Below, one piece after another: positions 47,062-57,608 of a stretch of 64,000 nucleotides of DNA. The DNA is from Tagaea sp. Its GTDB lineage: Bacteria > Pseudomonadota > Alphaproteobacteria > CACIAM-22H2. Both the position numbers and the translations under genes were made by a program. The notes below the pieces were generated by a model. The model was not told where the DNA came from and did not search any database. It saw only the letters and a program-made list of their open reading frames with translations. Position 1 is the stretch's first letter, and each line of letters starts with the position of its first letter. The stretch covers positions 608,001 to 672,000 of the forward strand of contig CBDIIB010000004.1 of NCBI GenBank assembly GCA_965279525.1, written 5' to 3'.

Positions 47062-47262
47062 GGTCTTCTCGTCAGATCTGATTCCAGCGCGGGAATCGGG
47101 CGCCGAAACGCCCTTGCGCAGGCCCCTATCTACAATGCGCGCCCGCGCCGCGCACCCGGAAAAACGGGCAAGCCCAAAGGTTTGGCGGGCAACGGCTTTA
47201 TCGAGCATTGCGGGGAAAGTGGGCATTCCCTAAAAGGGCATCCGACCGAGCCCCGAGATCCG

Positions 47263-47994
47263 ATGGACGACAGCCCCCCGCAAAGTTCGACAGCCGTACC
47301 GCCAGCGACCTGGGCGGGCTTCAAACGCGGCTTCCTTCCCGCCGCAGCACTCTCGCCGGGCAACTTCATCTATGGCGTGGCGTTCGGCCTGCTCGCGCGA
47401 CAGGAGACCCTGTCGGTCCTCGAGGCGATGCTGATGAGCGTGCTCGTCTTTTCCGGCACGGCCCAGCTGGCGGCCGTCAGCTCGATGGGGCACGGCTATG
47501 TCGGCTTCGACGCGATCGCGTCGATCGCGACCGCGATCCTGCTGCTCAACGCGCGCTACCTCCTTTACGGGGCGGCACTGTGGCCATGGCTTGGCGCGGC
47601 ACCGACGCGCCAGATCGTGCCGACACTCTTTTACCTTGGCGATGCAAGCTGGGTGATCTCGATGCGCGCGCACGCCGATGGCGAGCGCGACATCTTCTAC
47701 GTCCTGGGTGCGGGTGCCGCGACCATCGCACCCTGGCTGCTCGGCACGTTGGCCGGATCAACGGCCGGCGGCCTGCTCGCGAACCCCGCGGCACTCGGCC
47801 TCGACTTCCTGCTCGTCGCCTTCTCGGCCGCCATGGGTCTCTCGATGCTGCGCTCGCGGCCCGACTGGGCGAGCCCCGTCGCGGCACTCGTCGTGGCTCT
47901 GGTTGTCGACCGCATCGCGCCCGGCGGATGGACGATCGTCGCTGCCGGCGCTGCCGGCGGCATCGTCACCTACATCAGGTACGTGCCGAAATGA
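47263..47994 (+). CDS. AzlC-family branched-chain amino acid exporter subunit
   Basis: YGVAFGLLA, MSVLVFSGTAQL, LLNARYLLYG. Confidence 0.9.
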   Translation: MDDSPPQSSTAVPPATWAGFKRGFLPAAALSPGNFIYGVAFGLLARQETLSVLEAMLMSVLVFSGTAQLAAVSSMGHGYVGFDAIASIATAILLLNARYLLYGAALWPWLGAAPTRQIVPTLFYLGDASWVISMRAHADGERDIFYVLGAGAATIAPWLLGTLAGSTAGGLLANPAALGLDFLLVAFSAAMGLSMLRSRPDWASPVAALVVALVVDRIAPGGWTIVAAGAAGGIVTYIRYVPK

Positions 47995-48296
47995 CGATCC
48001 GTCCCGACTTCCTGCCGTTCCTGTTCGCGATCGCGGCCGCTTCGTTCGTCTGCCGCATGGGCGGGTTCTGGTTCATGCGTTTCGTGCGCGTCACGCCGCG
48101 CATCGAAGTGGCGCTGAAGGCGACGCCGCTGGCCGTGATGATCGGGATCGTCGCACCGGTCGCCGCGCGCGGAAATCCGGCCGAGCTGGCGGCACTTGCC
48201 GCGATCGCGGTGATCATGCGCTGGTCGTCGAGCGATCTGGTCGCCGCGATGGGCGGGGTCGGCGTCGTCGCCGCCGTCCGGTTCCTGGCCGGCTAG
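47991..48296 (+). CDS. AzlD-family small subunit
   Basis: ATGA overlap; SFVCRMGG, ALKATP; hydrophobic. Confidence 0.85.
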   Translation: MTIRPDFLPFLFAIAAASFVCRMGGFWFMRFVRVTPRIEVALKATPLAVMIGIVAPVAARGNPAELAALAAIAVIMRWSSSDLVAAMGGVGVVAAVRFLAG

Positions 48297-49096
48297 AACT
48301 CGACCGCCACGCGCGCCGAACGCAGCGCGCCCGGATCCAGCAGGATGCGCGCACGGTCCAGGCCGAGCGCTTCAAGTTCGCCGCTTGCGGCGGCCGCACG
48401 TCGCGGCGACAGCGCCTGCTCGGGTGGCGACAGCGTCGGACCGGCGGACGGCGTGATGCGCACGCGCCCGCCACGCTCCTGTGCGGCGACGACGGCCTCG
48501 CGCAGCGTGCCGCGCGCTTCGCGCGTCAGCAACGCCGACCCGTCGGCGAAATCGATGTCGCCGATGATCCAGCCGCTTCGAGCACCGACGCCTTGTGCGA
48601 CGGGCACCGCCGCTTGTTGCGGTCGAACGACCGGCGGAGTCATCCTGACGGGAGCCGGCGTGGCCGGCATGGGCGGCGGAACATAGGCTGGCGGATTTGC
48701 GACGGCGGCCGGCGGGGTCGCGGCAACGACGCGCGGAGCTTCGGCCTGGACGGGCGGAGCAACCGCCGGGACCGGGGCCGGAACCGGAGCCTGTCCGGCA
48801 CGCCCTTGCCCTGCCAGATCCGGCGCCTCGGGCGGCCGTGCGGTCGGGTCGAGCACGGGATCGATCGCGCGAAGGCGCGCATCGAAGGCGCGCGCCGCGT
48901 CGCGCTGGCTGACAAGTCGCTGTTGCTCGGATTCCCGCTTGGCTGCGGAAACCGGGGCTGGTACCGGCGGAAATGTCCCCAGATTGGGATAAGGCCGGTC
49001 ACCAGGATCGGCAGCATCGTCCCGGGCATCCGGCCGTCCGGACTCCGAACATGCCGCCAAAGCCAGAAAAACGAGCCCGATCAGGGCTATACGCAT
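48293..49096 (-). CDS. Lipoprotein with Pro-rich linker and OmpA-like C-terminal domain
   Basis: Lipobox LAAC; YPNLGTFP; IDFADGSALL...RRAAAA...L.ALG. Confidence 0.75.
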   Translation of the reverse strand: MRIALIGLVFLALAACSESGRPDARDDAADPGDRPYPNLGTFPPVPAPVSAAKRESEQQRLVSQRDAARAFDARLRAIDPVLDPTARPPEAPDLAGQGRAGQAPVPAPVPAVAPPVQAEAPRVVAATPPAAVANPPAYVPPPMPATPAPVRMTPPVVRPQQAAVPVAQGVGARSGWIIGDIDFADGSALLTREARGTLREAVVAAQERGGRVRITPSAGPTLSPPEQALSPRRAAAASGELEALGLDRARILLDPGALRSARVAVEF

Positions 49097-49193
49097 CTTT
49101 AGGAATTGCAACATCGAACCCGTTATAATCCGAACTCAAGACGGCGTCCAAGCCCCTGATCGGGACGCCGGATTCCAAAGCGGAGTGGGAGAA

Positions 49194-50984
49194 ATGGCCG
49201 ACAAGCCGGATCGCGACGTGAAACTCCCCGACCCGGTCGAGATGTCGCGGATGATGACGCACATCGCCGAGCAGAGCCAGCATCTGGTTTCCGATTTCAT
49301 CTCCCGCCAGTCGCCCATGCAGTTCGGCAACCCCGACCCGCTCAATCTGGGGCAGGCCTTCTTCGACATGACCGCCCGCATGATGGCCAATCCGGCCAAG
49401 CTGATGCAGGCGCAGTTCTCGCTGTGGCAGGACTATATGGCGCTGTGGCAGTCGACCACGCGAAAGATGCTGGGCGAACCCTCCGAGCCCGTCGTGAGCC
49501 CGACGTCCGAGGACCGGCGGTTCAAGGACTCCCTGTGGGACGAGAACTACGTCTTCGACTTCATCAAGCAGTCGTACCTGCTGTCCGCGCGCTGGCTGCA
49601 GGGCACGGTCAAGGAAGTCGAAGGCCTCGACGACAAGACCGCGCGCAAGGTCGATTTCTATACCCGCCAGTTCGTCGACGCGATGGCGCCATCGAATTTC
49701 GCGATGACCAATCCGGAGGTGCTGCGCGAGACGCTGGAGACCGGCGGCGAGAATCTCGTCAAGGGCCTGTCGAACCTGCTGGGCGATCTCGAGCGCGGCA
49801 AGGGCAAGCTGCAGATCCGCATGACCGACATGGCGGCGTTCAAGGTCGGCGAGAACATCGCCGTCACGCCCGGTTCGGTCGTCTACCAGAACGACCTGAT
49901 GCAGCTCATCCAGTACGCGCCGACGACCGAGACGGTCGCCAAGGCGCCGCTGCTGATCGTGCCGCCCTGGATCAACAAGTTCTACATTCTCGACCTGCGC
50001 GAGAAGAACTCGTTCATCAAGTGGGCGGTCGGACAGGGCCACACCGTGTTCGTCGTGTCGTGGGTCAATCCGGACAGCGAACTCGCCGAGAAGAGTTTCG
50101 ACGATTACATGAGCGAAGGTCCGCTGGCCGCCCTCGACGCGATCGAAAAGGCCACGGGCGAGAAATCCGTGAACGTGATCGGCTACTGCCTCGGCGGCAC
50201 GCTGACGGCCTCCACCCTCGCCTACATGGCCGCCAAGGGCGACAAGCGCGTGCTGTCCGCGACGTTCTTCACGACGATGGTCGATTTCGAGGAAGCGGGC
50301 GAGCTTTCGGTCTTCATCGACGAGGAGCAGCTTGCCGCCCTCGAAGAGAAGATGCACCAGCGCGGCTACCTCGACGGCGCCGACATGGCGACGACTTTCA
50401 ACATGCTGCGCGCCAATGACCTGATCTGGTCGTTCGTCGTGAACAACTACCTGATGGGCAAGGAGCCGTTCCCGTTCGACCTGCTCTACTGGAATTCGGA
50501 CTCCACGCGCATGCCGGCGGCGATGCACTCGTTCTACCTGCGCCAGATGTACCAGGAGAACCGGCTGTCGCGCGGCAAGATCAAGCTGCTCGGCAGCAAG
50601 ATCGACCTCACCAAGATCAACGTTCCGGTCTTCATCCTGTCGACGCGCGAGGACCATATCGCGCCTTGGAAATCGACTTACATCGCGACTCAGCTCTATA
50701 CCGGGCCGACGACGTTCTGCCTCGCGGCGTCCGGGCACATCGCCGGCGTCGTCAATCCGCCGGCGTCGGGCAAGTACTGCCACTGGACGAACGACAAGCT
50801 GCCGCACAAGCCCGACCAGTGGCTCGAGACCGCGACCCAGCATGCCGGTTCGTGGTGGCCGCTTTGGGACAGCTGGGCGAAAAGCCATGCCGGCGAGCAG
50901 GTTCCCGCGCGCGTCCCGGGCGATGGCAAGCTCGCGGTCGTCGAGGCGGCACCGGGCAGTTACGTGAAAGTAAAAGCTCAGTAG
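49194..50984 (+). CDS. phaC: Class I poly(3-hydroxyalkanoate) synthase
   Basis: DRRF, PPWINKFYILDL, GYCLGG lipase box, WNSD, DHI, SGHIAGV. Confidence 0.98.
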   Translation: MADKPDRDVKLPDPVEMSRMMTHIAEQSQHLVSDFISRQSPMQFGNPDPLNLGQAFFDMTARMMANPAKLMQAQFSLWQDYMALWQSTTRKMLGEPSEPVVSPTSEDRRFKDSLWDENYVFDFIKQSYLLSARWLQGTVKEVEGLDDKTARKVDFYTRQFVDAMAPSNFAMTNPEVLRETLETGGENLVKGLSNLLGDLERGKGKLQIRMTDMAAFKVGENIAVTPGSVVYQNDLMQLIQYAPTTETVAKAPLLIVPPWINKFYILDLREKNSFIKWAVGQGHTVFVVSWVNPDSELAEKSFDDYMSEGPLAALDAIEKATGEKSVNVIGYCLGGTLTASTLAYMAAKGDKRVLSATFFTTMVDFEEAGELSVFIDEEQLAALEEKMHQRGYLDGADMATTFNMLRANDLIWSFVVNNYLMGKEPFPFDLLYWNSDSTRMPAAMHSFYLRQMYQENRLSRGKIKLLGSKIDLTKINVPVFILSTREDHIAPWKSTYIATQLYTGPTTFCLAASGHIAGVVNPPASGKYCHWTNDKLPHKPDQWLETATQHAGSWWPLWDSWAKSHAGEQVPARVPGDGKLAVVEAAPGSYVKVKAQ

Positions 50985-51045
50985 AATTTCACTACGTAAC
51001 TTGCTAGCGTTTCTTCCGTCGCGATATCAGTCGCGACAGTGAGCG

Positions 51046-51077
51046 ATGCCCCTGCCCCACCGGCAGGGGCATTTTCA
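51046..51077 (+). terminator. Rho-independent terminator downstream of phaC
   Basis: ATGCCCCTGCC-CCACC-GGCAGGGGCAT followed by TTTC. Confidence 0.75.
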
Positions 51078-51090
51078 TTCGGGGAAACGG

Positions 51091-53070
51091 ATGCGCAGTT
51101 TTTGGGCAGGCATAGGCGTTTCGGCCACACTGGCGCTGGGTTGTCTCGGCGTCGTGCCGGCGGCGCGCGCGCTGGCACCCGAGGACGCGCGCCATCTGCT
51201 CGTGCGCACGGGATTTGGCGCAACGCCGGCAGAGATCGCGGAACTCGCACCGCTTGACCGGGCCGCGTCCGTCGACCGCCTGCTCGCGCGCATGCAGCGC
51301 GAACCGTTGCTGCCGCGCCCGGCATTCCTTGCGCAGAACTGGCCGCCTTACCGCGACTTCCCGGCGATGCTGGAGGAGCAGCGCCAACCCTTCATCCAGG
51401 CGCGGCGCGACGAGCTGCAGCAGCTGAAGGGATGGTGGTACGCCGAGATGATCGCGACACCTGCGCCGCTGACCGAGCGGATGACGCTTTTCTGGCACAA
51501 CCACTTCGTCTCGGCATTCGAGGCTGTGGGCTACAACGTCCATCGCATGTGGGACCAGAACGCGCTGTTCCGCCGCGAGGCAGGCGGAAATTTCGCGAAG
51601 CTGCTCCATGCGATGCTCGCCGACCCGATCCTGCTGCGCTACCTCGACAACCAGACGAACCGCAAGGGTCGCCCGAACGAGAATCTCGCGCGCGAGCTGC
51701 TCGAGCTTTTCACGCTTGGCGAGGGCAACTACACCGAAACCGACATCAAGGAGATCGCGCGCGCCCTCACCGGCCGCACGATCGAGCGCACGACCGATTT
51801 CGGCTTCCGGTTCGTGCAGGCGATGCACGACGAAGGCGGCAAGAGCTTTCTCGGGTCCGTCGGCCTCAATGGCGACGACGTGGCGCGCGTCCTGCTCGCC
51901 CAGAAGCGCACCGCGCAGTTCGTCACCGAAAAGCTCTGGCGCGAGTTCGTCGACACGCGGCTGCCGGCCGGCGCCGAGATCGAACGCGTGGCTTCGGTCC
52001 TGCGCGATGCCGGCTACGAGATGAAGCCGGCCCTGCGGGCCCTGTTCCTGTCCGACGCGTTCTGGGCGCCGGCGAACCGCGGTGCGATCATCAAGTCGCC
52101 GGTGGCGCTGATCGTCGGCGTGCATCGCGATCTCGGGCTGCCGGTCGTCGATCTGGCCGCCCTGCCCGTACACGGGCGGCGCCTCGGCCAGGACCTGTTC
52201 GAACCGCCGAACGTCAAGGGCTGGCCCGGCGGCACGCTGTGGATCACGCCGGCAAGTCTCGTGGCCCGCTACGACGTGCTCGCGCGCCTGATCGCCAACC
52301 GCACGCTCGTCGCACCGCGACCCACACCGGGCCGCCGCGACATCGCGCTGCGCCTTGCCGCGGATGCTTGGCAGGGCGGTCCGCGCTTCGTGCTGCGCGT
52401 CAACGACAACCGCGTGGTCGCCACGCACGAGATCGATTTCGGCGTCGACACCGCACGTTTCGGCAACATGCCCGACCGGCTCGACTGGATCTGGCGCGTC
52501 GTGCGCTTTCCGGTCGAAGAACCGGTCTGGAAGGTATCGGTGGAGTTCGTAAATGATGCCGGCGCACCAGCCGATGCCAACGGCGTGCGGCGCGGCGACC
52601 GCAACATGTTCGTCGACTGGCTCGAAGTCGACGGCGAGAACTTCCGAGCACTCGACGGCCAGCAGGCGACGGCAAACCAGGCCTGCCGCACGTCCCGTCC
52701 CGGCGACCTCTATTGCAACGGCACGCTCACGTTCGACATCGCGAAGATGAAGGCCGACGGCAAGGCACGCCCGCGCGCCGCAACCGAAGACATGATGGCG
52801 ATGCCTGTCGCCGCGACCGTCAACGGGATGGGCATGGGGATGATGGCGCCGACACCTGCGCCTGCCATGAACCCGCCGGCACCGGAAGTCGCCCGCGCCG
52901 TGCATCTCGACGCCGACTCGTGGCTGGCAACGCTGCCGACAGCCTGGCGCCGGCCGGACACGATGTGGCGTGCGCTCGCACCCGTCGTACCGGTCGCGGA
53001 TTCGGTCCGACCCGATGCCGAGGCGTCGATGCGGGCTATCCTGTTCGACCCCGTCTACCAGTTGATGTGA
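51091..53070 (+). CDS. DUF1800-family exported protein with a CBM60-like insertion
   Basis: [46 protein letters not shown]-terminal DPVYQL; insert ADAWQGGP.F...EFVND...DRNMFVD. Confidence 0.88.
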   Translation: MRSFWAGIGVSATLALGCLGVVPAARALAPEDARHLLVRTGFGATPAEIAELAPLDRAASVDRLLARMQREPLLPRPAFLAQNWPPYRDFPAMLEEQRQPFIQARRDELQQLKGWWYAEMIATPAPLTERMTLFWHNHFVSAFEAVGYNVHRMWDQNALFRREAGGNFAKLLHAMLADPILLRYLDNQTNRKGRPNENLARELLELFTLGEGNYTETDIKEIARALTGRTIERTTDFGFRFVQAMHDEGGKSFLGSVGLNGDDVARVLLAQKRTAQFVTEKLWREFVDTRLPAGAEIERVASVLRDAGYEMKPALRALFLSDAFWAPANRGAIIKSPVALIVGVHRDLGLPVVDLAALPVHGRRLGQDLFEPPNVKGWPGGTLWITPASLVARYDVLARLIANRTLVAPRPTPGRRDIALRLAADAWQGGPRFVLRVNDNRVVATHEIDFGVDTARFGNMPDRLDWIWRVVRFPVEEPVWKVSVEFVNDAGAPADANGVRRGDRNMFVDWLEVDGENFRALDGQQATANQACRTSRPGDLYCNGTLTFDIAKMKADGKARPRAATEDMMAMPVAATVNGMGMGMMAPTPAPAMNPPAPEVARAVHLDADSWLATLPTAWRRPDTMWRALAPVVPVADSVRPDAEASMRAILFDPVYQLM

Positions 53071-53081
53071 GGCAGCACCGC

Positions 53082-54368
53082 ATGGACCGTCGCCGATTTC
53101 TGTCCGCCGCCTCGAGCCTCGCCGTTGCCGGCATGCTGCCGGCCTGCGCCGGACAGGGAACGGCGCCCGCGACCGGTGCGCCGGCGCCGCTGGCCGCCCG
53201 TGCCGGCGTGGCCCGCTCGGGTGGCCTTCCCGGTCCGGTCGGCCAGCGCATCCTCGTGCTGGTCGAACTGCAGGGCGGCAACGACGGACTCAACACGATC
53301 ATTCCCTACGCGCACCCGCTCTATCGCCGGCTGCGGCCGGGCCTTGCCATCGATGCCGCGGAAATCCGCAACCTGACGGCCGACCAGGGCTTCCATCCCG
53401 CCCTCGACCAGCTGCTCGATCCGTTCGAACGCGGCGAACTGGCTATCGTGAACTCGGTCGGCTATCCGAAGCCCAACCGCTCGCATTTCCGCTCGATCGA
53501 GATCTGGGAACAGGCAACCGCCAGCGACCAGTATGCGAACGAGGGCTGGATCACCCATGCGCTGACCGAGCATCCAGTCTTCGGGAAGCGCACGGCCGAT
53601 GCCGATGGCATCGTCGTGGGCACCGGGAACATCGGCCCGCTCGCGGGGCCCGGCACGCGGCTCGTGAACATGCGCGAGCCGCGCCAGTTCCTGGCACAGA
53701 GCGAATCGATGGCGGCTCTTGCCGCACGCGCGCGCGTGCCCGACGCGCTGGGCCATCTCGTGCGCACGCAGAACGAGGCCGTGTCGGCGGCCGACGCGGT
53801 CAAGCGCAAGCTGACAGGGCGGGACCGGTTCCCGCGCCGCTTCGCCGGCGATCCGCTCGCCCGCAGCCTCTCGGTCGCGGCAAACCTGATCGCCGACGGC
53901 GTGGATGTCCCGGTCTGGAAGGTGACGCTCGGCGGCTTCGACACGCATGCCGACCAGCGCCAGCGCCACGCCCGCCTGCTCGGCAACCTCGCCGGCGCGC
54001 TTGCCGCATTCCGGGGCGCGATGACCGATCTCGGCCGCTGGAACGACACGCTCGTCGTCACATACTCGGAGTTCGGACGGCGTGCGGGGGAAAACCTGTC
54101 GCGCGGGACCGATCACGGCACGGCGGCACCGCTGCTGGCGCTCGGCGGTTCGGTGCAGGGCGGCTTCCGGGGCGGCGCTCCGGATCTCGGCGATCTCGAC
54201 CAGGGCGACATCAAGGCCAAGATCGATTTCCGCCAGATCTATGCCGGCATCGTCGCCGACTGGTGGAACCAGCCCGACAACTTCCTCGTGAAGCAGGGGC
54301 ATTCGCCCGTGCCGCTGCTGCGGCGGGCCGTCGCAAACTCTGGTGCGGCGCAACATTTACCCCTATAA
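53082..54368 (+). CDS. DUF1501-family Tat-exported (lipo)protein
   Basis: MDRRRFL Tat motif, LPAC; [32 protein letters not shown]. Confidence 0.9.
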   Translation: MDRRRFLSAASSLAVAGMLPACAGQGTAPATGAPAPLAARAGVARSGGLPGPVGQRILVLVELQGGNDGLNTIIPYAHPLYRRLRPGLAIDAAEIRNLTADQGFHPALDQLLDPFERGELAIVNSVGYPKPNRSHFRSIEIWEQATASDQYANEGWITHALTEHPVFGKRTADADGIVVGTGNIGPLAGPGTRLVNMREPRQFLAQSESMAALAARARVPDALGHLVRTQNEAVSAADAVKRKLTGRDRFPRRFAGDPLARSLSVAANLIADGVDVPVWKVTLGGFDTHADQRQRHARLLGNLAGALAAFRGAMTDLGRWNDTLVVTYSEFGRRAGENLSRGTDHGTAAPLLALGGSVQGGFRGGAPDLGDLDQGDIKAKIDFRQIYAGIVADWWNQPDNFLVKQGHSPVPLLRRAVANSGAAQHLPL

Positions 54369-54403
54369 TCCTGCTCCCGATTTTTGAAGAGGAGTGCGGG
54401 ACT

Positions 54404-55432
54404 ATGAACGACGTACGCGGCCATTCGGTCGCCGTCGTCGGCGCCACCGGCGCCGTCGGCATCGAGATGGTGAAGGTGCTTCACGACCGGCGTTTCCCGG
54501 TCGCGGAGCTGAAGCTGTTCGCTTCCGCCCGCTCCGCGTCGAAAAAAGTCACGACTCCGTACGGCGAAAAGACGATCGAGGAGTTCAAGCCGGAGGCCCT
54601 GAAGGGCATCGACTTCGTGCTGATGGCCGTGTCCGGCGATTTCGCCAAGGCGCACGCGCCCACGCTCGCCAAGCAGGGTTCGATCGTCATCGACAACTCG
54701 TCGGCCTTCCGCTACGAGCCGGAAATCCCGCTGGTCGTGCCGGAAATCAACGCGGCTGCCGCGCGCGGCCACAACCTGATCGCCAACCCGAACTGCACGA
54801 CCGCCGTGCTGGTCATGGCGCTGTGGCCGCTCCATCAGGCGTTCGGCCTGAAGCGCGTCATCGTGTCGTCCTACCAGGCGGCATCGGGTGCCGGCGCCGA
54901 AGGCATGGCCGAGCTCGAGGACGAGACGCGCAAGTGGGCCGGCGGCGGCAAGGCCGGCAATAAGGTGTTCGTCCACCCCCTCGCCTTCAACGTGATCCCG
55001 CACATCGATGTCTTCCAGCCCAACGGCTACACGAAGGAAGAGATGAAGGTCACGTGGGAGAGCCGCAAGATCATGGGCCTGCCCGACCTGAAGGCGAGCT
55101 GCACGGCCGTGCGCGTGCCCACGCTGCGCGCGCACGCCGAAGCGGTGACGATCGAGACCGAGAAGCCGGTGACGCCGGCGGCAGCCCGCGAGGCGCTGCG
55201 GCGCGCACCGGGCGTCGTCGTCGTCGACGATCCGGCCGCCAATCTCTATCCGATGCCGATCACGGCCTCGGGCAAATACGACATCGAGGTCGGCCGCATC
55301 CGCGAGAGCCTCGTGTTCGGGCCCAACGGTCTCGACTTCTTCTGCGTGGGCGACCAGCTCCTGAAGGGTGCGGCTCTCAACGCGGTTCAGATCGCCGAGT
55401 GCGTGCTCCCGGGCCTGCGCAAGGCGGCATGA
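54404..55432 (+). CDS. asd: Aspartate-semialdehyde dehydrogenase
   Basis: [42 protein letters not shown]; GAGGAG RBS. Confidence 0.96.
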   Translation: MNDVRGHSVAVVGATGAVGIEMVKVLHDRRFPVAELKLFASARSASKKVTTPYGEKTIEEFKPEALKGIDFVLMAVSGDFAKAHAPTLAKQGSIVIDNSSAFRYEPEIPLVVPEINAAAARGHNLIANPNCTTAVLVMALWPLHQAFGLKRVIVSSYQAASGAGAEGMAELEDETRKWAGGGKAGNKVFVHPLAFNVIPHIDVFQPNGYTKEEMKVTWESRKIMGLPDLKASCTAVRVPTLRAHAEAVTIETEKPVTPAAAREALRRAPGVVVVDDPAANLYPMPITASGKYDIEVGRIRESLVFGPNGLDFFCVGDQLLKGAALNAVQIAECVLPGLRKAA

Positions 55433-55917
55433 AACGGCTTCGCGCCCTCGCTTTCCTGGCATGCCTGCATGCCGGGACGGCGGGGGCGCAGGTCGTACCA
55501 CCTGTCACCGTCGATCTCGCCGACGCGCTTTCCCGCATCAAGGCGGATGTCGCAACGCAGCTGATCGCGCGCCAGTTCGGCGATGCCTATGTCCGCGACT
55601 GGTGGGCAGCGAGCGAAGCCGTTCTGGCCGACGCCGTCCGGCTCGCGACATATCTTGGCGAACAGGGGCCGGCCTGTCAGGCGATCCGCGAGCGCGAAGG
55701 TGACAAGTCGGCTGCCTGGGCGACCTGCACGCTCGGGCTCGAAGAGTCGGGCAAGCTGCTTTCCGCCGGCCTCAGCCAGATCGCGACGATACTTCCCGAC
55801 TGGGAGCGCATGGCCCGGCAGATCGACGGTGCCAACGCGACGGTCACCCCGCTCGTCGATCGGGCGCTTGCTGCCGTCGCTCAAGCCGACAAACTCCTGA
55901 GCGAAAAGCGCTATTGA
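55429..55917 (+). CDS. Hypothetical exported helical protein
   Basis: ATGA overlap with asd; signal peptide ending AGA-Q; two Cys in the mature part. Confidence 0.7.
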   Translation: MKRLRALAFLACLHAGTAGAQVVPPVTVDLADALSRIKADVATQLIARQFGDAYVRDWWAASEAVLADAVRLATYLGEQGPACQAIREREGDKSAAWATCTLGLEESGKLLSAGLSQIATILPDWERMARQIDGANATVTPLVDRALAAVAQADKLLSEKRY

Positions 55918-56070
55918 CGATCCCGCCTGAAGTCGGCGCCGTCGAAGCGGGTGCGGGATAGGTAGTTTCCGACGCTGTCTTGGCCGATGCGAATTCGCCA
56001 TGGTGCCGGCATGGCGGGGCATGATCGCTCCGGCGAGATCGTTTGATCGCGGCACCGAAGGCAGTCGGGA

Positions 56071-57189
56071 ATGAATGCGGATGAAGAAATGAAGTCGGAA
56101 GAGACGACGCAGGACCGCGTCGAATCGCTCCTCGCCACGCCGGATCTTGCCAGCGCTCTCGAAAGCGAGCAGTTCCGGCTGTTTCTCGATCAGATACCGA
56201 TCGCGATCATTGTCTCGGAAGTGAAGAAGTCCGAGCGCATCGTCTATGCCAACCCGGAATTCGAGCGGCTTTCCGGGCAACTGATGGGCGAAATCGAGGG
56301 AAAAGGCTGGAGTTCCCTACGCGGACAAGGCGAAGGCACCGACGCGGAATTGAAACTTGGTGACGCGATCGTCGAACTTCGCGACCGGGTCGGGACATTC
56401 CGGATCGAGCGGAGCGAAGGCGAACCGGCCATCGTCGACGCCTACTCCAACCTCATCGAGGACGATGCCGGCGTCCCTGCATTCCGGCTTGCAGCACTGG
56501 TCGATGTCGGCGCGCACGGGCACGAGGAACGCCGCGATCTCGAACAGCGCATCCGGGAAAAGGACACGCTGCTTCTCGAGTTCCAGCATCGGGTCAAAAA
56601 CAACCTGCAGATGATCACGGCGCTGATCCGGATCGAGGCGCGCAATGCCGAAGGACGGATCGGCACGTCGCCATTCGACCGGCTGGCCGGACGGATCGAG
56701 TCGATCCAGCTCATCTACAAGATGCTGTCGGATCACGGCAAAGGCGACGAAGTCGACCTCGGCGTCTATCTGAGCGACATCGTCTCGTCGGTGATGCACG
56801 CGCATGCCGTGGAAGGCATACGACTGGACCTGAAAGTGGATTCCTATCCCGTTTCGGTGAACGTCGCGTTGCCGACGGGGCTGGTGGTCAACGAACTCCT
56901 GACCAATTCCCTCAAATACGCGTTTGCCGGCCGAAGCGGCGGCACGATCACCCTGCACAGCCTTGTCGATCGAAACGGTTGCCGCGTCGAGATTTCCGAC
57001 GATGGCGTCGGACTTCCGGCCGGCGTCGAGTGGCCCAAGCGCGGAAAACTCGGCGCGCTGATCGTCCGGTCGCTGCGGGAAAACGCGAAGGCCGACATCC
57101 GGGTCGATTCGAGCCCGGGGATGGGCATGCGGGTCACCATCATCTACACCCGGAAGGCCTCCGCGCCGGAAGAAGCGGGGCAATCATGA
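56071..57189 (+). CDS. PAS sensor histidine kinase, HisKA_2 family
   Basis: YANPEFERLSG; EFQHRVKNNLQ; NELLTNSLKYAF; DDGVG. Confidence 0.92.
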   Translation: MNADEEMKSEETTQDRVESLLATPDLASALESEQFRLFLDQIPIAIIVSEVKKSERIVYANPEFERLSGQLMGEIEGKGWSSLRGQGEGTDAELKLGDAIVELRDRVGTFRIERSEGEPAIVDAYSNLIEDDAGVPAFRLAALVDVGAHGHEERRDLEQRIREKDTLLLEFQHRVKNNLQMITALIRIEARNAEGRIGTSPFDRLAGRIESIQLIYKMLSDHGKGDEVDLGVYLSDIVSSVMHAHAVEGIRLDLKVDSYPVSVNVALPTGLVVNELLTNSLKYAFAGRSGGTITLHSLVDRNGCRVEISDDGVGLPAGVEWPKRGKLGALIVRSLRENAKADIRVDSSPGMGMRVTIIYTRKASAPEEAGQS

Positions 57190-57575
57190 CCATGGGCACG
57201 CTCGATGGCCTGCGCATCCTTCTTGCGGAAGACGATCCGATGATCCTGTTCGCGCTGGAAGCGACCGTCGAAGACTTCGGCTGCACGGTGGCGGGCACCG
57301 CCATGCAGGTAAGCGATGCGCTTGCATTCATCGCGACGAATACCGTCGATGTCGCGATCGTCGACGCGACGCTCGCGGACGGGAATTGCGACCCCCTCGT
57401 CGCGGCACTCGCGGCCCGGGGGATACCGGTCGTCCTGGCGACCGGTGCGTCCTCGTCCGCGCATGCTCAAGGCCCTAACGGCGCAATTTTTCTGCAGAAG
57501 CCCTTTACGGACCGGGATCTGCACAAGGCGCTGACCGCCGCCGGCGAGAGAAGCAAGGTTCGCGGAAATACCTGA
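57186..57575 (+). CDS. Single-domain response regulator
   Basis: ILLAEDD, AIVD, LATG, LQKPF; ATGA overlap. Confidence 0.9.
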   Translation: MTMGTLDGLRILLAEDDPMILFALEATVEDFGCTVAGTAMQVSDALAFIATNTVDVAIVDATLADGNCDPLVAALAARGIPVVLATGASSSAHAQGPNGAIFLQKPFTDRDLHKALTAAGERSKVRGNT

Positions 57576-57608
57576 CGGGATTGCATCGATCCCGCGGCGT
57601 CAGCCGGA

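Noticed and set aside
41792-50984. recJ-glpX-hom-aminotransferase, azlCD, OmpA-like lipoprotein and phaC as a novel cluster
   Set aside because: Largely ordinary alphaproteobacterial housekeeping synteny.
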